A stretch of 64,000 nt of DNA from Podarcis tiliguerta (Eukaryota). The stretch lies in assembly GCA_965153285.1 (NCBI GenBank), contig OZ229122.1, one strand, 5' to 3'. The notes beneath the pieces are model-generated. The model was not told where the DNA came from. It ran no database searches and saw only the letters and a program-made list of their open reading frames with translations. The translations under genes were made by a program, and so were the position numbers. Below are positions 24,690 through 35,649 of the stretch, piece by piece; the first letter of the stretch is position 1, and the number at the start of each line of letters is the position of its first letter.

Positions 24690-24787
24690 CTGAGAAGAGG
24701 AAGAACTGTCTCCGCACAGTCCCGTGCTCCCAGACAGGGTAGGCGAAACATCACCGACTGCTGCCCCCTGGGCAGAGTCATTCAGAT
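24690..24787 (-). CDS. IRF3: IRF3 coding exon (NLNDSAQGAAVGDVSPTLSGSTGLCGDSSSSSQ)
   Basis: Acceptor aatcttgtag, donor CAG|gtcagt; phase 1 to 0, as for the equivalent human exon ending ...STSDTQ. Confidence 0.82.
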
Positions 24788-24896
24788 CTACAAGATTACA
24801 AACAGAGGAGATTCTCGGTCTGATCCTTGGCTCCTCCTCGCATCTTTTGCCTAGTGATCCCCATTGGAAGCCCTCTGTTCTGTCCGATCTACCTAC

Positions 24897-25071
24897 TTGG
24901 GGCATGCAGGATTTCAAACACCTTGTGGGGGTCTTCGGAGTCTGTGCTGTTATCCTGAAACATGCGGATCCCCTCCTTCCGGTTCAGGGCTGAGCGGAAG
25001 TTCCTTTTCCACTCGGAGGGCATCCGCTGGTCAATGCCTGGGCGATGGCGGCCTCTGGCAATGGCCCAGTC
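24897..25071 (-). CDS. IRF3: IRF3 DNA-binding domain exon 2 (DWAIARG...EWKRNFRSALNRKEGIRMFQDNSTDSEDPHKVFEI)
   Basis: WKRNFRSALNRKEG is identical to human IRF3; canonical splice sites. Confidence 0.97.
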
Positions 25072-25106
25072 CTGGAAAGAAAGCAGTTAGGTAGGGAGAT
25101 TTCACA

Positions 25107-25434
25107 GGGGCGCGGGTGGCGCTGTGGGTTAAACCACAGAGCCTAGGACTTGCCGATCAGAAGATCGGCGGTTCGAATCCCCGCAACAGGTGAGCTCTCA
25201 TTGCTCGGTCCCTGCTCCTGCCAACCTAGCAGTTTGAAAGCATGCCTGTGCAAGTAGATAAATAGGTACTGCTCCAGCAAGAAGGTAAACGGTGTTTCTG
25301 TGCACTGCTCTGGTTTGCCAGAAGCAGCTTAGTCATGCTGGCCATGCTCCCTCGGCCAGTAAAGCGAGATGAGCGCCGCAACCCCAGAGTCGGGCACGAC
25401 TGGACCTAATGGTCAGGGGTCCCTTTACCTTTAC
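25107..25434 (+). mobile_element. Sauria SINE
   Basis: Head ggcgcgggtggcgctgtgggttaaacc; tail ccctttacctttac. Confidence 0.88.
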
Positions 25435-25898
25435 AGAGGTTTCATACCCCCACACAGCAGACTTCTAAGCCCAGCTATAGCACCCTGCTCACCCATAAAG
25501 ACAGTCTGTCTATCTTAAAGGCTCACGGTCAACTCTTTCCCTCCTTCAACCCTTGTATCATCTTGACAGATGGATTTAGGTCAGCCGCCCCCAGGACTCT
25601 CCAACCTGCCACAAAACTGGAGGTCCCTCCAGATTTTACTGCACATTCTGAGTGATTTGTGCTCACGATGTGGAACCCCATTCATCCCGCCCACCTCCCA
25701 CAGCTATTCCAGAACGTTACAGTTAAAACACGAAGGAAATCTCTTCCCCAGCTTTCCCCAACCTGAAGACGCCCTGAAGACATTTTGAACTACAACTCCC
25801 AGCAGCCCAACCAGCATGTTGGTTGAGGAAGGTGAGGAAGGTTGAGGAAGGTGGGATGTGATGTGGGACACACACCAAAGGAAACACTAGAAGATTAC

Positions 25899-26063
25899 CT
25901 CAAAGAGCTGGAAATCCTCGTCGCAAATATTCTGCCGTGAGCCATGTTTCCACGGCACTCGGAACAGGGTCCGTTCTGCGTTCAGCCACGACAGCCCCGG
26001 GTACCGCCGGGCGTCCAACTGTTCCATTAGCCAGGGCACGATGAGAGGTCTTTGAGTACCCAT
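25899..26063 (-). CDS. IRF3: IRF3 first coding exon (MGTQRPLIVPWLMEQLD...LSWLN...FRVPWKHG...EDFQLFE)
   Basis: Matches human MGTPKPRILPWL...FRIPWKHG; 55 codons; donor gtaatc. All five DBD tryptophans are present across the two DBD exons. Adjacency to SCAF1 supports IRF3 rather than IRF7. Confidence 0.96.
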
Positions 26064-26172
26064 GGGGGAACTGTGGGAGGATGTCACAATGAAATCTGAT
26101 GGGGAGAGAGAAGGGAGTGGCAGGATAATGAGTCACTGCAACACAGCTGCAAGGCTGTAGGGAGAGAAAAGC

Positions 26173-26184
26173 TGTGTGTGTGTC

Positions 26185-26229
<45 letters not shown>
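26173..26229. repeat. Compound (GT)n(GA)n microsatellite
   Basis: Directly visible. Confidence 0.95.
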
Positions 26230-26430
26230 TTGTTTGCTTTAGAAAGGGACCCCCAAACTCTAGTTTGCAGACCACCATGAGCTTCATTCAGGTGGTGTTG
26301 CCTGCAAAAACACAATTAAAAACCACACAGCCCCTAGCACTGCATACAACTTGCTACAACAGGCAGAAAAATCATTTAAGTGGTCTGTCAAGTCCCTCAG
26401 CAATGTTCAAGTGGTCGTGTGGGGGGTTTG

Positions 26431-26782
26431 GGGACGCGGGTGGCGCTGTGGGTTAAACCACAGAGCCTAGGGCTTGCTAATCAGAAGGTTGGCAGTTTGA
26501 ATCCCTACGACGGGGTGAGCTATTGTTGCTCGGTCCCTGCTCCTGCCAAAGTAGCAGTTCGAAAGCACGTCAAAGTGCAAGTAGATAAATAGGTACCGCT
26601 CCGGCGGGAAGGTAAACGGCGTTTCCGTGAGCTGCTCTGGTTCGCCAGAAGCGGCTTAGTCATGCTGGCCACATGACCCGGAAGCTGTACGCCAGCTCCC
26701 TCGGCCAGTAATGCGAGATGAGCGCCGCAACCCCAGAGTCGGCCACGACTAGACCTAATGGTCAGGGGTCCCTTTACCTTTA
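26431..26782 (+). mobile_element. Sauria SINE, full length
   Basis: GGGACGCGGGTGGCGCTG head; GGGGTCCCTTTACCTTTA tail. Confidence 0.9.
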
Positions 26783-27099
26783 TCTTAGAGCTTGTCCTTG
26801 ATGGAGAGTGTTACATATGGCTGACAGCGATTGTGTGTGTGTGTGTGTTTGAGAGAGACGAAGAAAGACAGCGCGTTACTTTGATCCTTGATCTTTTTTT
26901 AGAAGCCTTTTCAAAGTGCTTCCGATCTTCAGGAACACAAAGAACCCCTTGCTGGATCAGGCCAGAAACAAACCCAGCAACGCCTCCTCCCAGGAGTCAG
27001 GGGCTGGATTAGCGCAAAGATTCCTTCATTGCAGGGGTTGGACTAGATGACCCTCGTGATCCCAAGTCTACAAATTCTATGATTCTATAAGCAAGAAGA

Positions 27100-27640
27100 A
27101 AGGAAGACCGCAAAAGCCCCGCGCAACGGGCCTGTTTGCATGGTTTGGCTGTAAGCCAATAATATAGCAACTAGAGGCCGGTCCCACCGAAACCGGCGTT
27201 GCTGAATTCCGTGCAGTCATGCATTTACTTCCAAGTAAACGCGCCTCAACGGGGCTTGAGCTGCCGTTTCGGGATCCCTGCCAAACGGGGTTTGCGGCTT
27301 GGCCAGCTTGAAAAGTCTCCCGCTTGGGATCTGGAATGCGGAAGTCCAGGAAGGATCTCCTTTCGGAGTGAGGGGGAGGGAGCCCCTCGTTGCACCCCGC
27401 AACCAAGCACCCACCTGTCAGAATCGCTTTTGTTCCGAGACCCCCGTCCAGACTACTTCTTCCTCTCCGGCGAGCCGCAAAACGGAGCCTCTTCGCCCTT
27501 CTCCGCGGCGCCACGTGATTGCGAAAGTAGCTTTCGGTTTTGAGTCCTGAGAGCCATTTTCGCCTGATTCCCCTCCTCCCTCGGCGGCGCGCAGAAAAGA
27601 GGGGATTTTCTTGTGGGGTTCCTGCGTTTTCGATTCGTTC
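27100..27640 (-). promoter_or_regulatory. IRF3: IRF3 CpG-rich promoter and putative non-coding exon 1 (donor cag|gtgggt at 27415)
   Basis: CpG-dense segment upstream of the first coding exon; E-box CACGTG at 27512-27517; IRF-E-like AAAACCGAAAGC (- strand, ~27530-27541); kB-like GGGGATTTTC at 27601-27610. Confidence 0.65.
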
Positions 27641-28112
27641 GTTTTAAAAGAGAGAAAACGCCTAAGGTGCAGGATAGGTTTTAATAGATTATATATTAAT
27701 TGCAGTCTATCCCTCCAGGCTCACACGTGTGTGACAAGTTGTGCAGAGTTCCAAAGTCCTACCCCTGACAGCAAAATTAAAAGCACAGGAATTAGGTTTT
27801 TGATCAAGTCCAGAAGTAATCTGGCTTCCTCCTCCTCCTTCTCACCCCACTTTAGAAAGACTCAGGCAACAACTTCAAAAAATCTCTACAAAATACAAAA
27901 TCTGTATTCCTACACAGTACTGAGCCCATAACCTTTGTGGGATGGGTTTTAATGGGCAGGAGAGGATATATTAATTGCAATTTATCCCTCCAACCCATTA
28001 AAACCCATCCTGCTTCAGGAATTGAGATGGTTTTGGTTGTCATTATGTCCCCCACCCCTTTTTGTACATGGTGACAATTCCAAAGCTATGGATGCGTTCC
28101 TCTGCTGCATCT

Positions 28113-28146
<34 letters not shown>

Positions 28147-28152
28147 CGCACG
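28113..28152. repeat. (TG)n(CG)n(CA)n alternating purine-pyrimidine tract
   Basis: Directly visible; quasi-palindromic. Confidence 0.9.
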
Positions 28153-29568
28153 CACACGCACACACACACACATTATTTATCAGAAATAGAGCTCCCAGAG
28201 CAGCTTGCAAATATCTGTGATTTACCTCTCTCAACGTATGAGAATATTCCTGGTGTAACAGTATCCCTGGTTGGAGAACATCTGTATATACAGGTGTCCA
28301 ACAACCTTCACCTAAAAGGAAAGGTTTGAGACAGATGATACTTAGAATATATCCTTCAAACCAGAAGGCAACTTATTTTGTTTATTTAAATTATCTTTAC
28401 TTCACCTTTCAGCCAGAAAAGGCTCCCACAGTGACTAACCACTAAAAAAAGGACAGCCCCAATCCTTGAGCTTATAATTTTTAAAAGTCTTGACACAAAA
28501 GGAAAATGGATTCGGAGAGAGGAGGAAATAAGCTAACTCGGGTTCATGTTCTTTCTGTTACAAGTGGTTTTAATGACCACCTTCTGGTTTGTATGTGTGT
28601 ACATATGTGTCTATGTCTGTGCATTTTGCGTTAGGGGGTTGCTTTACTACAATTTGTGTGAATTACTAGAGTTTTTATTCTTCTGGTCTCTCTAACTATT
28701 TAGTCTCTGAGTAGGAGGACAGCTGCACAGGGGAACAACCACCTTGGATACCACTTGGTGGAAAGGTAAGATACATATCTCAGAAAACAAATCCATCATG
28801 TCTCTAGTTGACACACAACTAAATTACTGTACATGAACAATACCTTGCCACGTAGTACATAGCTTGTCATATTCCATCCTGCAGCTGCTGAAATACATTT
28901 CTGGAGGAACTTCAAATGGAAATTCCAGCATGAAACTGCAAAATTACAACTCCAGCTTCTCAATAAGTTGAATAATTTAGATCTGAATACAGACAGCGGT
29001 TTCTTGTTCCACTGAATTTACTCAGCAGCGCTGATTGTTTTAACACCAATTCCTGTTTTGAAATGTCGTGTTCGTTTTGCATACATTTAAGCTCTGAATT
29101 GTCAATGGCAATACTCTTTATTGACATTTGTAAAGTAGTTTATGCCGTAAGAGTTTTGTTGAGGCTTTAAGGATCTGCAAGACTCGAGTTGATTTTTGCA
29201 ATAATATATTTAACCTAAAGAGCAAACGCCGAGGTTTATTAAATCAACAGAGGACAGATTATTGAAGTGATCTCATCTGGAATACTGCATTCAATTCTGA
29301 ATGCAACACTTTAAGGATGTAGACAACTTAAGAGGATGTGGTCGGAAGCACACAACACACAGTTAGGAAAGGGTGAAGAAAAACTGGGTACATTTGGTCT
29401 GGAGCAGGGAATGGCTGTCACATAGAATAAGTCAAACCTGTACTCTGCTGACCCAGAAAGGGAGCACTTACTCTAATGGGCTTAAGTTACAGGAGGGTAG
29501 ATTTTGGCTGACCCTTTGGGGAAACTGATTGTACACATCGTAGGTCGAGTCTGCTATGTTCAGCAAGG

Positions 29569-29724
29569 CAGTGGCGTAGCGTGGGTTGTCAGCACCCGGG
29601 GCAAGGCAAGTAATTTGCGCCCCCTCTGCCAGGTAGGGGCAGAGAGCTGTGAGTGCGAGCGCCCCCCCCAGATGTTGCGCCTGGTGCGGACGGCACCCCC
29701 CGCAACCCCCACGCTACGCCACTG
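29569..29724. mobile_element. hAT-type MITE (CAGTGGCGTAGCGTGGG family), short deletion derivative
   Basis: Perfect TIRs; 8-bp TSD cagcaagg on both sides. Confidence 0.9.
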
Positions 29725-30799
29725 CAGCAAGGTTCCTCTTTACAGACATTCCTCACCCCCACCCACAGGGCAGTGGGAGATGCAACAGCAGGGGGCAGGG
29801 GCAGGGATGCACCCCAAATCTTTCCCTCAATGTGATTGTGTGGAAGACACTAAGGGGGAAAGGTTTCAGACTCTTAGGAATGAACATGGGGAGCGGCCTT
29901 GTACCAAAGTCAGATCATCAGTATGGTTGATACTGGCAGGGAGTAGCTTCTCCAAGATTTAAGACAGGGCCCTCTCCCAACCTCACAGGGACCTTCTGCA
30001 TGTATATCAAGCAGCTGCTCTACCACTGAGCCACAGCTCTCCTCAAACATTTAAATGTTGGAGGGTATGGAGACACATTTGCACTCTGCACAAAGCAATA
30101 AAAGCGAGAACTGCAATAAGCTCTGTTCAGTTTTCTGGGAACCTTAACTTCCATGAGATCTCTTTAATTCTATAGATTCGTCTTCCCTGCTGTTTTGCCA
30201 TGCCCTGTCATTCTAATGAAATTAGAATTTCCTCCTTCAAGTCTGCTGACAATACACGAAAGTGCCCGGCTGGGTCATTGTGCTGACAGAACAGGAAGCT
30301 GTTTGCCCTTGCTCCACTCTGTGCCTCGATTCCAGAGAAAGGAAAAAAATCTGTTCTTTTAAAATGGACGGTGGTGGGAGGGGAATAGCCAGAAGAAGGG
30401 CCACTATTTGCTTTGTGAGATTTCACAGTAAAGCAGAAAGCGGGCACCAGAAACCAGAAGCAGTTTTGATCCAGTGACCTCTGGGTTGGGAGAATAACAC
30501 AGTTGCACTGTCCCACTCTTGGCAGAGTAGTAGCTCAGCTTCTTTCTTGATGGAGCTGTTGCCCTGGGCACTCCCGGGGCACAAGCAATGACCCAGAGAA
30601 GCAGGCTGCTGTCAGCAGCACAGTAGCTAGCATTATGGTATTTGTTTTCAGAGCAGAAAACCCTGTTGTTGTTTTTGTCCTGTTGTCAGGGGTAGGTGGG
30701 CTGAGCAGCTCTTGATTCTAAGAGGGCAGGAATCTGTTATGGGAAGCGGAATCCTTTACCCTTCCCCACCTTTTGCCTAAAAAACAAACAAAAACAAAC

Positions 30800-31020
30800 A
30801 GAGCCAGTGTGGTGTAAAGTGTCAATCTAGGCCAGGGTTTGAGAGACTGGAGTTCAAATCGCTGCTCAGCCATGACCTTGGGCCAATCACAGAACTCAGC
30901 ATAGCCAACTTTGCAGGGTTTTTGTGAGGATTAGACTGAGAAAGGGAGAAAACATGTGTGCTGCTTTGAGCTCCTTGGAGGAAAGCTGGTATATAAATGT
31001 AAGAGAATAAATAAATTAAA
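30800..31020 (+). mobile_element. Old tRNA-derived (MIR/CORE-like) SINE; similar copy at ~31690-31880
   Basis: A/B-box-like gccagtgtggtgta...gagttcaaatc followed by tgaccttgggcca; AT-rich tail. Confidence 0.5.
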
Positions 31021-31189
31021 TTACAAAGAACACTAAGCTTGTATGAATAGAAGCAAAATACCCATCCTACTAATAAATAAAATTTTGGCTGGATAGCAGA
31101 TAAGCATTTTATGGAGATGTGTTTCAGAGGAAATATATTTTTATCCCAGTAGAGCCAAAAGATTGTGGGTACGCCCACATTACACACAC

Positions 31190-31196
31190 TCTCTCT

Positions 31197-31243
<47 letters not shown>

Positions 31244-31257
31244 CGTGTGTGTGTGCA
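31190..31257. repeat. (CT)n(GT)n microsatellite
   Basis: Directly visible. Confidence 0.95.
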
Positions 31258-31888
31258 TGTCTTGAAAACAGTTCAAAATTGGAACTGAGAACAGAGGGAA
31301 CTGCTTCTGTAAAACACATATAGGAGAGGAAGTAGTAGCCATAGGAGAAGAGGTCCCCAAACACCCACCCTTGAAATTTCAGCAGCAGATACAACCTACG
31401 CATTTCCAAGCTTTTCTCTACTGTCATGAGGTCTAGAAACTTTGCCTTAAATGAAAAGTTACATTCTTTGTTATGTGCTGAAGGTGCAAAGACTAAACAC
31501 AGTGCTGAGTGAATAGCCATTATGATGAGGAACAGATGTGGGGATCTAAGCATATTACTTTTAGTGGCAGGTAAAACCACACTAGCCAAATCCCTTCCTG
31601 CTGTACAGCTGTTAAAAACCCAGAAACACACCTTAAGGCTACAGTGATATCATGCACACTTATTTGAGAGTAAACAACATTAAAGCCACTGAATCTAGTG
31701 CAGTAGATAGCATGTGAGACTAGAATTGGGAAGGCCCAGGTACAAATCCCTGTTTAGCCATGAAGCTCACTGGGTGATCCTGGGCCATGCACTGTATCTT
31801 GGCCTAACCTACACCATAGGTTTGTTTTGAGAATATATGGTGGGAATAACCATGTGTATTGCCTTGAACTCCTTAAGAGGGGATGGAA

Positions 31889-32115
31889 TACAGTGGTACC
31901 TCGGGTTAAGAACTTAATTCGTTCCGGAGGTCCGTTCTTAACCTGAAACTGTTCTTAACCTGAAGCACCACTTTAGCCAATAGGGCCTCCCGCTGCGGCG
32001 GCACCGGAGCACAATTTCTGTTCTCATCCTGAAGCAAAGTTCTTAACCCGAGGTACTATTTCTGGGTTAGCAGAGTCTGTAACCTGAAGTGTATGTAACC
32101 CAAGGTACCACTGTA
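31889..32115. mobile_element. Tc1/mariner-type MITE
   Basis: TA-CAGTGGTACCT TIRs; reverse orientation relative to the 21231 copy. Confidence 0.88.
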
Positions 32116-33379
32116 TAAATGTAAATGTAAGAAATAATAGTATACACACACAGGACTGTATTGTAAGACTGGGAAACCTAGATCTGTTTGGAGACTGGGG
32201 ATGGAAGAAGCACAAAATGATTTGACATAGCAGATGCCTTTCTTCTCCAGGAAATACTTCTATTATTTGTTTTTATGTGTAAAAACAGTATGTTGTTGCT
32301 AAAGATGTTTCACAACCACAAATATTTCTTTTGACGTTACCAAGATATAGCACCAGAGGGTGCTAATGTCCAACATTTGCTGATGGCATCATATGTTTTG
32401 TATTATTGATTGTAAATTGTTGGGTAGTTTAATTTCTTTAAGCAAAAAAACAAACAAACAAACAAAAAAAAAAAACCCAAGATGGATCCAGTAAACAACC
32501 AACTGGCTAGAGAATCTTCCTAACAGTCTTTTTCCATTTGTGATTCCAGACGTCTATGCTTTCATGTCAAGAGGCACTGAAGTGGATTTGGAAACACTTG
32601 CACAGTAAAACTAAACTGCAACTCAGGGTCAACCTAGTTATAGCTTGGTTCCAGATCTGTGCTTCTAAGTGCAAGTTTTACTGAACACAAATTGTTGCTG
32701 TAGGGTCCCAAATTCAAACCCTAATGAGGAAACCTAACATAGGCTTGTTTCAAGCCTAATAATGGGTGTGTGATGTGGTCATTTACAGGGGAGGAGTCAT
32801 AGATACGAAGACGTTAATAATCTCCATGTACTGAGATTCCTGGAATATGCCCCCTACTTACCATAATTAGAGTGGTTTTTTCTTTTCGAGCAAACCTTCT
32901 ACTGAAGTCTTGTTTTCTGCAGTAGGTGAAGACAGCCAGTTCAATTCACAGTTGCTCACATGAGTGTTTACAGCTCTAAATGGTATATATATCTGGAAGA
33001 CTGCTTCCCTAAAGAGCCTCTTCAGTGCTAAGATTGGCAGATGGGGCCCTATTGGTAGCTCCACTGCCCTAGGACTTTTGGGGGTGGGGTGGGTAACCCA
33101 GAAGATGGTTCTGCATCAGTTCCTAAGTTGTAAAATTCCTTCCCTACAGAGGTACATCTGGCACATCTATGAATAGCTTTCCTCATATGCTAAAGAACTT
33201 AACTCTGACCTTTGACAGCTGAAATATATTGATAGGACCCTCCTCTTATTTCTCTGCTGTGAACTGTTTTAACTGATTTTAATACGGTTTTATTATATTA
33301 TATTATTATTTATTATTTTATTATTATTGTTTATTATTATATTATTGTAAACCCACTCTGGAACCCTTATGATGAAGAA

Positions 33380-33862
33380 TCCCCTATGAGGAAAGTTGGC
33401 AGCATTTGGGGCTTTATAGTTCATAGAAATTTATGAATTGATGCATGGCATGGAAAAAGCAGGTCCTCTCTCATAATACAAGAACTCACGGACATCCAAG
33501 GAGGCTGAACGCTGGAAGATTCGTGACAGATAAAAGAAAGTTCTTCATGCAGCAAATAATTAAATGATGGAGCTTGTTCCCACAGCAGGCAGCGATGGCT
33601 ACCAACTTGGATGGCTTTAAAAGAGGGCTAGACAAACTCGTGGAGGAAAAGGCTCTCAATAATAGCTGTTAGTCATGATGGCTCTGCTCTGCCTCCAAGG
33701 TCAGTGGCAGTACTCCTCTGAAGAGCAGTTGCTGGAAACCACTGGAGGGGAGTGTATTCTTGTGCTTGGGTCCTACGCACTGGTTTCCCACAGGCAGTGA
33801 GAACAGGATGCTGGACTCGATGGGTCATTGGCCTTATTCAGCAGGACTCTTCTTATGTTCTT
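33380..33862 (+). mobile_element. CR1 LINE 3' end fragment
   Basis: Degenerate RT C-terminal sequence (ggatggctttaaaagagggctagacaa) and terminal tcttatgttctta repeat. Confidence 0.65.
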
Positions 33863-34829
33863 AAGAGTGAGTAAGAGGAAATGGAGTAAATAAATAAATA
33901 AATAAATACACCCCTTCTTGCTTAGATAAGCCATTGGCCCGATTATTTCCTTGCTATTGGATCTGGTCTTGCTCTGGTCTTAGGTTTAGCCAATGATTTC
34001 CCCTGCACTTTCTTGTACATCTTTTGTACATTTTTAATTATATTGTAATTTTATGTTTTGTTGTTTTTAGTTGCCTCGGACACCTAGTGTACATAGACCT
34101 TTAAACACATTAATAATTAAACTATGTGGAGCAGTGATGCTTTCAAGAGATATTGATAGGACATGAAAAGGGGAGATAAAAGATTTGCAAACTCCATATA
34201 CTGGAACACTGGTGACAGCAGAAAGTTCAACACTAAAAATAAATTGCAAAAGACATCCCAACTGTACTGAAAAGACACGATTCATTTAATATTAGAGAAT
34301 TGTAGAACTAGAGGCTCACTTTTCTGGGCTCACTTGTCCTGCCCGCTTTTCTTGCTCTGTGGTTCCTCCTTCCCCAGCAAAACTATGATCCCACAAGTAA
34401 GAAGGGGCAGTCTGGGTGCTAGAAGGTGGGCTGCAACTCTCCCTTTTCTTTATTAACTTACTTACAACTGGTTTTCTTACAATGGAACTCACCCCTCTGG
34501 CCAATGTTGGGGTGGTGCCTAGCCCCTTCTACCCACCCTGTCTTCCAGGGTGCCTGCCCACAAAGGAATATGCCTCACTAATTCCTTGCAATGCAAAATT
34601 ACACCAGGTGATTGCCAGGTGGCTATGCTCACCTACTTATCAAAGTTTGGCCCTAGGTGTGTGTGTGGGGGGGGTATATTTACCAAGCAGGGAAAGCAGC
34701 ACACCTCTGCCAGCCCCATATCTGATGTCGGGCCATACGCTCCTCACCTCTGATCTAAAAGGATTTCAGGAGTGTGAAAGCCCTCAGGCTCAGACCATGG
34801 AGAGTCACAGCAGACAATACAGGGCCCAC

Positions 34830-35110
34830 TGACATCATCATCATGATCTTATTTACGTATACCCAGCCACTCTGGGCGGCTTACAGCATATCTAAAAACA
34901 TAATAAAAACATCAAGCCTTAAAAACCTCCCTATACAGGGTTGCCTTCAGATGTCTTCTAAAGGTTGTATGGTTACTTATTTCCTTGACATCTGATGGGA
35001 GGGTGTGCCACTACCAAGAAGGCCCTCTGCCTGATTCCCTGTAACTTCACTTCTCACAGGGAGGGAACCGCTAGAAGACGCTTGGAGCTGGACCTCAATT
35101 GTCTGGGGCT
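34830..35110 (-). mobile_element. L2 LINE 3' fragment
   Basis: Shares gccttcagatgtcttctaa and ccactaccaagaaggccctctgcctg with 22081-22999. Confidence 0.75.
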
Positions 35111-35649
35111 CTGGGCTGAATGATGTCAGGTATCTTTCTTCTTTGGCAATCACTCGTAGCCGAGTAAGAGTGTCTTCCATAAACATGGTATAATGTGCGT
35201 TGGTCAGCGTGCGCTGATCTACAGACATAAAACAAATTCACACACAGGCATTTTCCGTCTTGTCAATTCAAGAATACTGGGCTGAGGACATGTGCCAGCC
35301 TTGAGAAATACAGGCTGCACAGGCAACATTTCTTGCATTTCCAGAAAGCTGCACAACAGGCAGGCATTCAACAGGTGCAGACTTTCCTATTGCTTACTTA
35401 TTAACCTTTTGGCACTTTGTACCCCCCTGTTCAGCGCATTCCCATAAAATGACCTAGTCAAACATAGCCCTTCTTCTCTTCTCTTCCTTCTCCCCTGCTT
35501 TTAAAAGCCCTGGGCAGACAGCAGCAACTCAAGACGACAGGGTGGTGGTGCCTTTACTAGAAGAGGCGGCCATTTCAACAGGTATAGCATGTCCCGCAAA
35601 GTAACACCTGCTGGAAATTCATCTCCGACCTCCTTCTTCAGGGGAGGAA

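Noticed and set aside
15840-26063. IRF7 instead of IRF3
   Set aside because: MGT.P.I.PWL start, WKRNFRSALNRKEG and adjacency to SCAF1 (IRF7 pairs with PHRF1) all indicate IRF3.
30822-31631. 269-aa minus-strand ORF
   Set aside because: Spans a (GT)n microsatellite (HTHT run) and a SINE; chance ORF.
35116-35220. C/D snoRNA-like ATGATG...CTGA
   Set aside because: C box is imperfect (ATGATGT), no convincing terminal stem and no host-gene context.
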